Position numbers and translations under genes: made by a program | NCBI RefSeq assembly: GCF_009914755.1 | Contig: NC_060938.1 | Direction: 5' to 3' (one strand) | Length of the DNA: 64,000 nucleotides | From: the human T2T-CHM13v2.0 reference genome, Homo sapiens | In this document: positions 29,034-43,090 of the stretch, piece after piece | Layout: each line of letters starts with the position of its first letter | Position numbering within the stretch: position 1 is the first letter of the stretch | The notes under the pieces: model-generated | What the model saw: the letters and a program-made list of their open reading frames with translations, nothing else | What the model was told of the DNA's origin: nothing | The model's database searches: none

Positions 29034-32000
29034 GGAGGAGGGGGAGCAAGATGGCAGAAGAGAAATCTCCACTAATTATCTCCCCTGCAAGGACAACAAT
29101 TTAACATCTATATATATATATATATAAAAGCACCTTCATAAGAACCAAATATCAGGTGAGCATTCACAGTAACTGGTTTTAACTTCATGTCACTGAAAGA
29201 GCTACTGACAAGGTAGGAAAGAATCTCGAATTGCCAATGCCATCCCTCCACCATCCCCCACATCAGCAGTGCGGTGCTGAGAGCATTTCTCTGGGATGAA
29301 GAAAGGAAGATGTCGGCATTTTGAGGCACTGAACTCAGTGCTTCCCTAAAATAACAGAAAACAAAACCAGACCAAACTCGACTGATGCCTGCCCACAGAG
29401 GAAACACTTAAACCAATCCCAGAAGTCCAAATCTGAGTTCCCACAAGCTGCACCAATGCAAGCTTAAGTGCTACGGGGCTCTAAATAAACCTGAAAGGCA
29501 GTCTAGGCCACAAGAACGGCAATTAACAGGTGAGTCTCAATGCCGAACTGGGCCCAGAGACAATGGACTGGGGGTGGTCGGGGCATGTGACCTACTGAAA
29601 CATCAGCCGGGGCAACTAAGGGAGGGCTAAAGAGTTATAAGAGGAAATTTTATAGGTGTAAGTGTCTACATTAAAAAAAAATTCAAATAAACAACCTAAC
29701 AATGCATCTTAAATAACAAGAAAAGCAATAGCAAAGTAAATCCAAAATTAGTAGAATAAAATAAATAATAAAGGTCAGGGCAGAAATAAATGAAATTGAA
29801 ATAAAATAATACAAAAGATTACTAAAACAAAAAGTTAGTTTTTGTTCCTTAGAAAAGTTAAACAAAATTGATAAACTTTTGGCAGTGAAGCTCCAAATAA
29901 ATGAAATCAGAGATGAAAAAGGAAACATTAATATTGATATTACAGAAATTCAAAGGATCATTAGTGACTACCATGAGCAACTATATGCCAGTAAATTGGA
30001 AAACATAGAAGAAATGGATAAATTTCTAGACACATACAACCAATCAAAATTGAACCATGAAAACATCCCAAATCAGAACACACTAATAACAAGTAACAAG
30101 ATTGAAGCCGTAATACAGATGACTTCACTGCTGAATTTTATCAAACATTGAAAGAAGAACTTATATGTATCCTACTCAAACTGTTCTGAAAAACAGAGGA
30201 GGAGCGAATACTTCCAAACTCATTCTATGAGGCCAGTATTATCCTGTTACCAAAACCAGACAGACACATTAAAAAAAGAGACAGGCCAATATCTCTGAAA
30301 ATATTCATGTAAAAATCCTCAACAAAATACTACAAACCAAATTCAACAATACATTATAAAATTCACTCATCATGACTAAGTGGGGTTTTGACAAAGGATG
30401 TAAAGATGGTTTAACATATGCAAATCAGTCAATCTGATACATCATATAAAAAGAATGAAAACTAAAAACCATAATATCATTTCAATTGATGCTGAAAAAT
30501 CATTTGATAAAATTCAACATTCCTTCATGATAAAAACCCTCAAAAACTGGAGATAGAATGAACATGCCTCAATATAATAAAAGCCACGTGCTACACAGAC
30601 CCACCGCTAGTACCATACCGAATAGGGAAAAACTGAAAGCCTTTCCTCTAAGAAGTGGAACACCACAAGAATGCTCACTTTTACATCTGTTATTCAACAT
30701 AATTCTGGGAGTCCTAGCTAGAGAAATTAGACAAGAGAAGGAAATAAAGGGCATCCAGACTGGAAAGAAAGAAGTCAAATTATTCTTGTTTGCATATGAC
30801 ATGATCTTATATTTGAAAAAACCTAAAGACTCCATCAAAAAACAATTAGAACTGAAAAACATATTTAGTAAAGTTGCAGGATACAAAATCAACAAAGAAA
30901 AATTATTAGCATTTCCATATGATAATGTAAACAATCTGAAAAAAGAAATTAAAAAGTGATCCCATTTACAATAGCCATGAATAAAATTAAACACCTACAA
31001 ATTAGCCAATTAAGTCGAAGTTCTCTATAATGAGAACTATAAAACACTGATGAAAGAAATTGAAGAGGACACCAAAATATGTAAAATTATTTCATCTTCA
31101 TGGAGAGGAAGAAAATATCCAGACTACCCAAAATGATCTATAGATTCAATGCAATCACTATCAAATTACCAATGACATCCTTCACAGATACAGAAAAAAC
31201 AATCCTAAAACTTATATGAAATCCCAAAAAGACCCAGAATATCCGAAGCTATCTTATGCCAAAAAAAAAAAAAAAAAAAAAACAGAAAAAATCACATTAC
31301 TGACTTCAAATTACACTATAGAGGTATAACAACCAAAACAGCGTGGTACTGGCATAAAAACAGACACATAGACCATTGCAACAGAATAGAGACAAATTTA
31401 TACACCTAGAGTGAACTCATTTTTGAAAAAGTTTCCAAGAACATACCCTGGAGAAAAGACACTCTCTTTAGTAATAGTATTGGGAAAATTGGATAACTAT
31501 ATGCAGAAAAATGGAGCTAGACCCCTATCTCTCACAAATACAAAAATCAAATCAAAATGAATTAAACACTTAAAGCAAATATCTCAATCTATGAAACCAC
31601 TACAGGAAAACGTTGGGGAAACACTCCAGGACATTGGTCTGGGCAAAATTTTGTTGAGCAATATCCCACAAGCTCTGGCAACCAAAGCAAAAATGAACAA
31701 GTGGTATCATACCAAGTTAAAAGCCTTCCACACAAACAAAGGAAACAATCAATAAAGTGAAAAGAAAACCCACAGAATGGAAGAAAATATTTGGAAATCA
31801 CCCATATGACAAGGGATTCATAACTAGAATATACAAATAGCTCAAAAAAAATCTAACAATTCCATCAAAAAATGGGCAAAAGATTTGAATACACATTTTT
31901 CAAAAGAAGACATACAAATGGTAAGAAGTTATACGAAAGGTTGTTCAATATCATTGATTATCAGAGAAATGCAAATAAAAACTACAGTGCAATATCATCT

Positions 32001-32824
32001 CACCCCAGTAAAAACAGCTTATATCCAAATGACAGGCAATAACAAATGCTGGTGAGGATATGGAGAAAAGGGAACCCTTGTACACTGTTGCTATGATTGT
32101 AAATTAGCACAACCACTATCGAAAACAGTTTGGAGGATCCTCAAAAAACTGAAAAGAGAACTGCTATATCATCCACTAATCCCACTGTTAGTTATGTACC
32201 CGAAAGAAAGGAAGTCAGTATGTTGAAGAGATACCTGCACTTCCATGTAACAAACATGGAACAAATATGCAACAAGCAGCCCTCTTCACAATAGCCAAAA
32301 TTTGGAAGCAACCTAAGTGTTCATCAAGAGATGAAGAGATAATGAAAATGTGGCACTTGTACACAATGGAATAACATTCAGCCATAAAAAAGAATGAGAA
32401 CCTGTCATTTGCAATGACATGGATAGAACTGGAGGTCATTACGCTACATGAAATAAGCCAGGAGCAGAAAGACAGACATTGCATGTTCTCACTTATTTGT
32501 GAGATCTTAAAATAGAAAACAATTGAAATCATGGACATAGAGAGTAGAAGGATGGTTATCAGAGGCTGGGAAGGGTAGTAGGGGAGGTAGGAATGGTTAA
32601 TAGATAGGAAAAACATATTTAGAAACAATGATTTAGACCTATTATTTGATAGTATAATAGGATGTCTATAGTCAATAATAATTTAATTGTACATTTAAAA
32701 ATAACTGAAAGAGTATAATTGCATTGTTTGTAACATATAGGATAAATGTTTGGGAGACTAGAAACCCCATTTTAAATGGTGTGATTACTCTGCACTGTGT
32801 GCCTATATCAAATTATCTCATGTA
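29034..32824 (+). mobile_element. L1MA2/3-type element retaining its 5' terminus, with a large internal deletion
   Basis: 5' end ggggagcaagatggcagaa..aaaagcaccttcataagaacc; jumps to ORF2 at about 29626. RT peptide LFLFAYDMILYLKKPKDS. 3'UTR ggataaatgtttggg..tatctcatgta. Confidence 0.88.
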
Positions 32825-33067
32825 TTTTTCTTTTTATTATTTTTATTTTTTTAACAAAAGGAATTTTTTTCTTATTGCCCATGAACAGTGCCTATTTTCT
32901 TATGCATTTCCCAGCAGATATATTTTATAGTAAACTTGTATTTTGTTAGCTCTGCTTTTATTAGTAAACACTACTGGAAAGACCAAATTTTTTAAAATGC
33001 CTTAACATTATCAAAGATTTGACATTACAGGTTCCCAATCAAATGAAAGAGCCAGGAAGTCAGGAAA

Positions 33068-33603
33068 TGTGAAAGAAGAAAATCTTATTTTGTCTTGTAA
33101 AACAAGAAATTGGTTGCAAGTCTGCATTGTTGAAAGATGCACACACATTGCTGTCCATCTTGTCAGCAGAGGCACTGACATCCTTTTGCTATAGTCTTAT
33201 ATTTCCAAGGCTGCTTGTAAAACAGTCTTGGAAGAAAGGGTTTTTCTTTGCTGTGACAGAGGGTAGGTTTGCTTACTATCCAGTACAATAAAGCTAATGT
33301 TTTCTTTTAGAGCAAATGTTGGTCAGGTTTCTTTGCATCCCATTATTAAGCACTAGAATTTCCTAATTTGATGGTTCCCCTGCTACGTCACAAACCATGT
33401 GCCTACAACATGTCCAGGCTCACCAGGGACTTGGGGCACATAGGAAACGTGCACAAAGAGGAAGCTCCTGCTGTCTCCTGTATATAATAAAATACTTGGT
33501 CTGTGACCCAGGAATCTTCTGTCTCCCGTCAGCATACATGAAACATAACTAGCTTGTTAGCCTGCAATTAACGTAAACCTCAGACCACTCTCAGTTATTG
33601 ATA
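33068..33603 (+). mobile_element. Solo LTR, probably ERVL (MER76-like)
   Basis: Starts tgtg. aataaa..tctgtgacccaggaatc..agcttgttagcctgcaa..ctcagacc..cagttattgata matches a recalled LTR 3' end; family name tentative. Confidence 0.65.
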
Positions 33604-36014
33604 TGCTTAACATGGGGACATATGTTAGATCATCTTTAATATTGATGTAGATATAAAAAGGATTTAATATACAGATTTTTTTTTAAAAAAAAAGCAAAAC
33701 TAAGGTAAAAAAACAACAGTGACCACAAACTAGTGTTTATAGTTATTAATTCTAAGAAAAAAAACAGAAAAAACATACACATGCATATATAATATGTAGA
33801 GTTTATAAAATTATTCAAAACAAAATAAAGGAACTATCTTAAAAAATTAGAAGAGCATTTCTGAAATAGATTACGGTAGAAGATTTTGGATAATTATATT
33901 TATAGTCTTTTTATGCCTTAATACAAAGGTTTTTTATTTATGCAAACATTTGGGGAAAAATTACATACATTCATTAAATGCATTTATTAAAAATGAATAT
34001 TACAATCTTATAGAACAAAATTAATAAGTAACGCATAAAGCCTTCATTGTATAGTAGTAGAGATACTGACAAAGTTGTTCCTGACGTGTCAGCCAATTTG
34101 CTAGCCATGACCATCAAGAGAGAATAAGAGTGCAATGAAGTGCCAGGATTAGACATATCAGAGATCACACAAGCCAGAACTTTGCCAAATAACATGCAGG
34201 AAAGCACAGCCTATGAATAATATAATAAAGACTGCCTATATAAGCATAAGGATAATCAGAAACTTCAAGTTTTCAAATAAACTGTGATCCCTCAATAGCT
34301 CTCTTTTCAATGTAATGCTGAAATGAAGGATAAATTAGGGCATACATCTATATTGTGATATTCTCTTTAATACAGCATTTATTAAAATTATCTTCCTACA
34401 TGAAAAAGTGTGAAGAATTCAGGGAAGAAAAGGAGAGTAGCAGCCACTAAATAACTATAAACTAAAGTATAAACAGACATTTTTAAAGAGTATTTTGGGA
34501 GATTTGAATATTCTTTTGTGGGGTATCAACTCCAAGGCAGTAACCAATAGCAAGTAGAGTGGCAGGTGATGCAGGGTTCTCTAAGTGTGTTTGGCAAGAA
34601 TTGCAGTGAAAAGGCAAGGACAGAATTTCAGGGAATGGTGCAGGGGGTGATTTATTAGCTAATGGATGAAATCAGGGTGATTTGAGTAATAAAAGGGAAT
34701 TGATGCACTGAATAAATTATGAAATTTTGATTAATCTTTTAAAATTAGAATCTATGAAAGTCAAGGAATGTGAAGTGAAGAGGGCACTGTGAGTATTTCC
34801 TTGGAAGTGAAACTGTTCCCTATAATGGGAAGGTTTAACATTGTCATATGCAAACGGCTCACTGAAATTCATTGGTGATGAAAGCCGGTTAGATCAAGGA
34901 ATCAATTACTATGCTGTAAACACATAGCTATGGCTATTTAACTGCTCTTCCGTTAAAACAAATTCAGCATTTATAGTTACTTACTGAATTTTACAAAATA
35001 GTCATTGAATAAGCATATTTATGAGCAATTAATAAAACCATGCTTATACTTTGTGAATTGGATATGGAATCAAGGCTTCATGGATCATAATTAGTATTGC
35101 TACTTTGTATGAAGCACCTTAACTTTTCTTCTGTACAATAAGAATAGATTTCCCAGTAAATATCCAGTTCTCAATCTTAATGTTAAATTTATTTTTATTT
35201 CTAATAACCCATTAAGATATATAAAATACTAATAAAAATCTTGAGAGAACACTTATGAGTGTTGTAAAATATTTTGAGTGAACTTTTAGCAAGAACTTTT
35301 TAAATTTTTAGATGTGTATATATACATAATTATATAGTATATGTGTATTTAAATGTGCACATGTATACATATATATGATTTTTATTTTTTGCTCTAATTA
35401 GTAAGATATAGTAAAATGTTATTTTGTGATTCTGGAAAATAATATGCAGCTTTTAATGCTGACAAGACAAGGCACCATTCCTGTATCATTTAGATTTTTT
35501 TCTCTATTAGGAGTTTCTAAACATCCTTTTAGGTATGTAACAAGACAGTAAAAACCTTGTGTTCTAGTTTCACTGCCTGACTGTAACATAAAATGAGGAA
35601 TAGGCTAAAAGAAATACTGACGGCGAGTGCCTTAAACTTGTTTTCAGACAGCAGGAGCACTACTTCAATAAAAGGTGGTGCAGAACTATTCTGCTGTATT
35701 TATAATTGGGAACACCATTTTATAGCTTATGATATTAATCAGAATTGAACGATTTTATTAGGATAACAGAATTTTTATGGTACTTCAGCAGTTTTCTTTA
35801 ATAATTCAGACCTAGGCCTCAGACTGGGTATTTCTACCTACTCTATAATTTTTGGCACACAAACACCAAAACTTCATTTTGTTTTCATGAAGATGTTGTA
35901 TAATCTTTTCCTATACTGCATGATTTATTTGGTTGGAGGATTCAAATTTATTTTTAGTGTTTTACTAAGCCCAATATGTAATTATCACACAGTTGAAATT
36001 TAACCAATATTATC

Positions 36015-36410
36015 TTTTCCTCAGCTTAAAGTTACTTTCTCTAAAAATCTTTTCATGACCTCAAACAACTAGGTCAGTTTTCATCCTATACACACTTCTG
36101 TCAACCTGGAGCTGCCCATGTGGTTGTCATTCCACATTAGAGTTTTATGTTCCTTTTCGAGTATAAAATGATATGCTGTGAAGCCCTTAAGTTCAAAGAG
36201 CAAGTTTTATAAGGGGGTGTTCGTATCGCCTGCTTTGTCAGAGCCAGTTTTACTTTCAAACTGTTGCCAAAATATTCTGTGTATGTCTCCTCTTTACACT
36301 GAAAATTGTCTTGGTTTGGATGATAAATTATACGGTCATTCCACTTATAAACATTGGTAAATGGTGGCTACTCGATAAAGATTTGTGGAGCTAATAAATG
36401 AATGAACAGT
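36015..36410 (+). mobile_element. L2 3' end
   Basis: ctcagcttaaagttactttctctaaaaatcttttcatgacc...ctcgataaagatttgtgga..aatgaatgaa. Confidence 0.55.
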
Positions 36411-38224
36411 TGAGTGAAGGAAGGAACTGACCATAGTTATCTTTTACATTTTAAGAGGAATTTTGAAATGTCCTCTTTTAAAAACTTTACCATTCACATT
36501 GCATTCACAAGAAAAAAGGAAGAAGTGAATAATTTACTCAAATATCTTGTTACAAACTTTGCTAACACTTTCATTTGTTACTTGTGAGAAAACTACTTCT
36601 ACATTTTATATGGACAGCTATCCATTGTTCTGTTTAACTCTTTCTCTTTTCTATTTCACTCTCTGTCTGATTCATACTTAGTGGCTTGTTATTTTTGTAA
36701 TTTTTCATGGTATCACTGCAGATAAAACTTAAAAGATCTTTATGCGGTGTATCTGTTAAGTATAAAAATATTTCATTTATAGCTTTCAGTACTTCTTATC
36801 TATTTCTTTTTGAAGAAGTTGATCATGAATTATACATACCTGCACAGCATGAAATATTCAATTCATGTTCTTTCCTTCCATTTCAGCCTACAAAACAAAG
36901 AAAGAGTTGTTTGAACATAGAAAATATAGGATTTGTGAATAGCAATATGCCAGTGGTATTTAATAGCATTTTTCCCATAACAGGGCTCAGATGAGAAGTC
37001 TAGCATAATGATATTTCTATTTTCACACACTCAGTGCAAGTCCATATAAGTCATTCAATTAACTGAAACAGAAACTTTAAGTATACAAATTATGCTTCTC
37101 AAAATACAGAGTTTATTTTTCAAAAGTCAGAAATAATATTGATGCTAAATGGAATTATTATCAAACAAAGTCATATTTGAGAAAACTGAGAAAATTAATA
37201 TAGATTTATTAAGACAATAACCACTTTTTGAATAGTAATGAAGATGTTCACCACTGATTTGAATTGGTAATTGTTGAATTATTCTGTTTGGTTCAATACC
37301 TTACACCTGAATATTTCCTATAATAAATCTTTCTAAATCTAGGAAGAATAAAGTCTTCACCATTTACTGAAGAATTCTGTTATATCTGAGGCGACTGCAT
37401 GGGCTGAGACCTCAGATAGCTTCAGGTTACAGCTATCAAACTCTTCCTTAGGGAAAACTTCATGCAATAATATATTTTGTTTGAGCTACCTTACCCCTTA
37501 GACAATCTGCAGTTTTTCTCCTTTTATAAACCAATTAATCCGGGATTTGTCAATTCTTTAGCCAACTATTAGTGGCAAGTGACTTCTGTTCACCAATAAA
37601 ACAAATTTTTTCTACCTACCTGATGTAGAGAAATAAATGGAAGACAACAAAATCAAACAAAATAAATAAAAACTAAATTGTGAGCTTCACTTATCTATTT
37701 ACTTCATAATGCACAGCACATCAAGCTACTCCAGAAAATGTTCAATGGATGTGTAAAATGTATAGATTGTGGTCACAGTTTTACTATTTAAGCCTTTACG
37801 GTTTAGAAATTATTCAAAATGAAATTGACTGGTACAATATAAACTCAGTCATCTCATTCACTGGAAGGTTTTTTGATTTCCATTTTAAATATATGTTTTA
37901 AGTTTTCTTAAAATCTTTTCTTCAAGCTAAATAGTTCATTTAGGATTGAGACTCTGTAACAATACAATTATGGTTGTATGTTAGAAATGTCAAAGCAGTC
38001 AGTTTTAAATTTCTTTTAAATGTGATATAGTATACACTAAATTTTCAGTTCTTAACTATATTTGTTTTAGTTCATTAAAAATAACGACTGAATATTAATT
38101 TGCATTGTGTATATTGTAGTGTTTCTCAAAATAAGTATTTAATTAATTATTCTTCTGGCCCTCAGCCACTTAGAAAGTCTAAATAGAAAAACTGAAATTA
38201 GATTTTAAATATTTTTATCATAAT

Positions 38225-38450
38225 GAATGATATTTATAAAGCACAAACTCTGTGCCAGGGATTGTTGTTAGTGCATTGATATGGATGTCTTATTTAATAT
38301 TCACTAAAATCTATTCCATAATCATTATTATTATCACCGTGTGACAATAGATGATGAAATGATGGTATAGCAGGTTAAGAATATTTTAAGACCATGTAGA
38401 TACTAAGTGGTGGAACTGGGATTCTAATCAAGAAATTTGATTCTGCAATT
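38225..38450 (-). mobile_element. MIR
   Basis: actctgtgccaggg..ttatttaatattcac..attattattatc..ggttaag..ctaagtggtggaactgggattc. Confidence 0.7.
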
Positions 38451-38799
38451 TGTTCTTTTGTGCTTCTTTAAGTAGCTGTCCACCAACCTCATTCCCAGAG
38501 ACACTGGATAGCATTAACATCCTGTTCTAATCAAACGTGAAAAAAAATCAAATTAACAACTTATCAAATATTGCTACTCAAATGCCTCCTTTGTTAGCTT
38601 GTTATGCAATATTTTACAACTTAGTGTTTTCTTTAGATATTATAATATGCATCCTTAACAAGCTACATTTTAATCTAGATTACATATTCTAGCACTTTCT
38701 AAATAATGAAAGGCCTTAGGACATGTCACTTACCGTGCTTTTAAATTTTTTACTATTGCTGTCATATATCTTAATTTTTCATATATTTAAATTTAATTG

Positions 38800-39157
<358 letters not shown>

Positions 39158-39227
39158 TTAATTTTATTTTTATTTTTATTTTTTTATTTTTTTGCCTCAT
39201 AGCCCTGTCTCCTGGTTTGACTGGTAA

Positions 39228-39523
<296 letters not shown>

Positions 39524-40569
39524 TTGACTGGTAAATTTGTATTAAATACTATACATTGTGTGAAAAAAAAATATTGCCAATTCTGCAAGATGTTACCATT
39601 CTACCAAAAAAAAGTTATCTTTATGTCTAGTATGCAATTAAAGCAGGAGAAAATCACTTTATCACAGCATGGAGCTAAGCCGAGATGGATTTTGTTCATT
39701 ATAGAATCCTTGTGTTCCCAGTGCTACTTACTTTTAGAGGAAAATTTTCAAGGATCTCAACTCAATCGTCTTCTTGGAAAGCCCTGAAATCTGCTTACTT
39801 TTTCCATTGTTCTATGAGACTGCTGGAAACTCTCCTCACTTCCTCAGTCCCGCCCTGCTTACCAATTAAGAAATGGCTCAAGAATGAAAGCGGTGTTCAC
39901 TCTTTATTCTCTTTGTCTTTCATTCTCTCTGGGTTCTTAATTTTTATACTCTGGCTGCTTTGGAAATTGTGACTTTTTGTTTTTTTTGGCCTTATCAGCC
40001 TCATGAAACTGCCTAAACTACCAAACTTTTCAGCCACTTGTAGCACCTTCTGCTTGCCTTTCAGCCATACACAGGCTGCATACAAATTGGCAAAAACTCT
40101 GAGGGCAAAGTTGGTGAAATGTTAGGTTCACCGAAATGTACTTCCCCTCTGTCTGGTGATTTGAAGAAGACTGTGACTCAGCTGCCTTTGTTTCTCTGTA
40201 GTAACTCCAAACAGGTGGCTTTTGAACTTTATCTAGCTATCCTAAGTAGGACTTGGTAGGAGGGTTGTTCTTATAACATCTATTCTGTCTTAGGAGAAAG
40301 AACTCCCCTCTACTCTTCACTTGGTTAAAATCTGTTCATCTTCAATCACATCATTCCCACTTGTCTTCAAAGCATTTATCTCAGTTTGTAAGCTTGCATT
40401 ATGCATTAAATTATGAGCTTACTCAGAACAAGGAATGGGCTTCTTTTGTACAACACAAAATCCCAAGTATCTACTTCAGGAATATTTGAAGGAATTATAT
40501 CCATCAAAGACAAAAAAAAAAAAAAAGGAATGAAAAAGTGAAAAACACTGCTGCTGATAGCTTATAATG

Positions 40570-41082
40570 CGCAAAATATGAACTTCCCTTTCTTGTGGGA
40601 AGATTATACATGCTTGTTCATTGATCATATGCTTGACTGTGGGACTTGCTTTAGTTAAAGAAATATAAATGGGGGAGATTAAATTTTACTAGAAGAACAG
40701 CCATCATTGGGTTCCTCTGTATTCTCCCCTTTACCTCTGGCAAAAGAATAGCCTGCAATGTGTCTTAAGCTATTTCTTCAGCCTATGCCTCTTCATGAAG
40801 AAGTAGAAGAGTTAACTGAACTCAATCAGTAACACATATGTAACGTGAATGATAAATAAATATTTGTTCTTGTAAGATGCTGAAATTTTAGGACCCTTTT
40901 ACGGCTGCATAGCTTGGGTAAATTGACAGATACAAGAATTAATACCAGGAATGAGTACTTTTATAACAAAAATTATGGTGCTAGTTTTGGTGCTAAGTAG
41001 AAAGGGTGATGAAACTCTTAATGAATGTTAGAAAAATAACAAGCCATGTTATGTAACATGAAAGTTTTGTTTAAACTGTAGC
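40570..41082 (+). mobile_element. MLT1H/I-type LTR plus start of internal region
   Basis: aataaatatttgttcttgtaagatgctgaaatttt..aattgacagataca followed by agaattaataccaggaatgag. Confidence 0.6.
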
Positions 41083-41346
41083 ATGGTCAGGTGAATATGG
41101 CAGATGAGGCAAAACTTTGTAGCCCAATTTATTCAACTTTCAAGGCATTGGTTGTGCGACATGTAGTTGAGCATTGTTGTGGGGAAGAATTGGGCCCTTT
41201 CTGTTGACCAATGCCGGCTGCAGGACAGTTTTTGGTGCATCTCATCCATTTGCTGAACATACTTCTCAGATGTAATGGTTTCACCTGGATTCAGGAAGCT
41301 GTAGTAGATCAGACCAGCAGCAGATCACCAAACGGTGATGACGACC

Positions 41347-41534
41347 TTTTTTTTTTTTTTAAATATAATTTAAGTTCTGGGATACATGTGCAGAACGTGC
41401 AGGTTTGTTACATAGGTATACACGTGCCATGGTGGTTTGCTGCACCCATCAACCCATCATCTACATTATGTATTTCTCCTAATGCTATCTCTCCCCCAGC
41501 CCTCCAGCCCCCCAGCCCCCGACAGGCCCTAGTG
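41347..41534 (-). mobile_element. L1PA7-type 3' end nested in HSMAR1
   Basis: Poly(T), then taagttctgggatacatgtgcagaacgtgcagg..cccatcaacccatcatctacatt. Degenerate TSD gatgacgacc / gaccacgact. Confidence 0.92.
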
Positions 41535-41858
41535 GACCACGACTTTTTTTTTGATGCAAGTTCAGCTTTGGGACGTGTTTTGGAGCTTCTTCTCAGTCCA
41601 ACCACTGAACTGGTCCTTGCCAGTTGTCATATAAAATCCACTTTTCGTCGCACATCACAATCTCCTTGAGAAATGGTTTGTTGGGTAGAATAAGAGAAGA
41701 TGACACTTCAAAACATTTTTTTTTATTTTTGCTAAGCTCATGAGCCATCCACTTATCGAGCTTTTTCACCTTTCCAATTTAATTCAAATGCCAAACAACC
41801 ATAGAATGGTTGATGTTGAGTTCTTCGTTGTAAGAGGACCATCTTCGATAATTGCTTT

Positions 41859-42186
41859 CTTGCCTTTGTTTTTTATTTTATTTTATTTATTTATTTATTT
41901 ATTTATTTGACATGGAGTCTTGCTCTGTCATCCAGGCTGTCAGTGGGGCGATCTTGGCTCACTGCAACCTCTGACTCCAGGGTTCAGGTGATTCTTCAGC
42001 CTGAGACACCTGAGTAGCTGGGATTACAGGTGCGCACCACAATGCCCAGCTAATGTTTGTATTTTTAGTAGAGATGGGGTTTCGTCATGTTGCTCAGGCT
42101 GTTCTCGAACTTCTAAGCTCAAAGTTATCCACCTGCCTCGGCCTCCCAAAGTGCTGGGATTACAGGCATGAGCCACCACGCCTGGC
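41859..42186 (-). mobile_element. Alu (early S or Jb-like) nested in HSMAR1
   Basis: Full antisense dimer. TSD gataattgcttt (41847-41858) / aatgattgcttt (42187-42198). Confidence 0.93.
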
Positions 42187-42607
42187 AATGATTGCTTTTA
42201 ATTGGTCGCTGTCAAGTTCCGATGGATGGCCACTATGTGCCTCATCTTCAAGGCTCTCATCTCCTTTGCAAAACTTCTTGGACCACCATTGCAATGTACC
42301 TTTGTTAACAGGTCCTGGGCCAGATGTGTTTTTGATGTTGCGAGTTGTCTCTGCTGCTTTACAACCCATTTTGAACTCGATTAAGAAAATAACTCAAATT
42401 TGCTTTTTGTCCAACATGATTTCTGTAGTCCAAAATAAACATAAAATAGACAGCAAATAATAAATCATTAGCAAAAAAGACATAAAACAAGAAATGCCCA
42501 CTAAAATGATGTATAACATAACCACATTTATTTTAGAATGTATTCTAATATCAAACGGCAAATTCCAACAATGCAAAAACCGCAATTCCTTTTGCACCAA
42601 CCTAATA

Positions 42608-43090
42608 CCAACTTCTCTGAGTTCAGTGAGACATAACACACTCATATGCAACGGGCTACATGAAGTGGGTTTATTACTTAATAGGTAGGCAGCAAGGGAC
42701 AAAAGAGGCCCAGGATTCATTGCAAGCAGTCCTCAAGGCTCAAGACAGCTTCCCAGGGTGGATGAAGTCTCAACTGCAGGTGCCCCACTTCCACCACAGC
42801 TGAGAGACCCGGAAAAAGCAGCCCACCCTAGGTTATACACTCAGGGGTCACATGACTCATTGGGCAAAGCTTTGAAGGACATCTTGCTCCCTGGGGAGAG
42901 AGGGACAATATTGGGGCTGTTCTGGAAGTCCCCTAGGAGGGACAGGAACAAGGCTCCGGCTGTTTCAGAAAGTTCCCCCTATTTCAAGATACTGCGTTGC
43001 CAGCACATTTACAGTTATTCTTGAGAACTACAAGCAAGAAAGCAGGAAAAACTCAGTCTGTCCAAGGTCTCCTGGAGAATTGTTCTAATA
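42608..43090 (-). mobile_element. LTR fragment (LTR47-like, tentative)
   Basis: Antisense aataaa (gggtttattact) and LTR-like composition; family from weak recall. Confidence 0.5.

Larger units (their letters stand above)
41083..42605 (-). mobile_element. HSMAR1 mariner transposon (transposase pseudogene), 3'-truncated, interrupted by L1 and Alu
   Basis: ITR gcaaaaaccgcaattccttttgcaccaacctaa followed by TA. Peptides EIMLDKKQI and [29 protein letters not shown] match the Hsmar1/SETMAR transposase N-terminus. Confidence 0.95.

Noticed and set aside
42160-42720. SETMAR gene
   Set aside because: Only the transposase part is present, with stops and Alu/L1 interruptions and no SET exons; it is an HSMAR1 copy.
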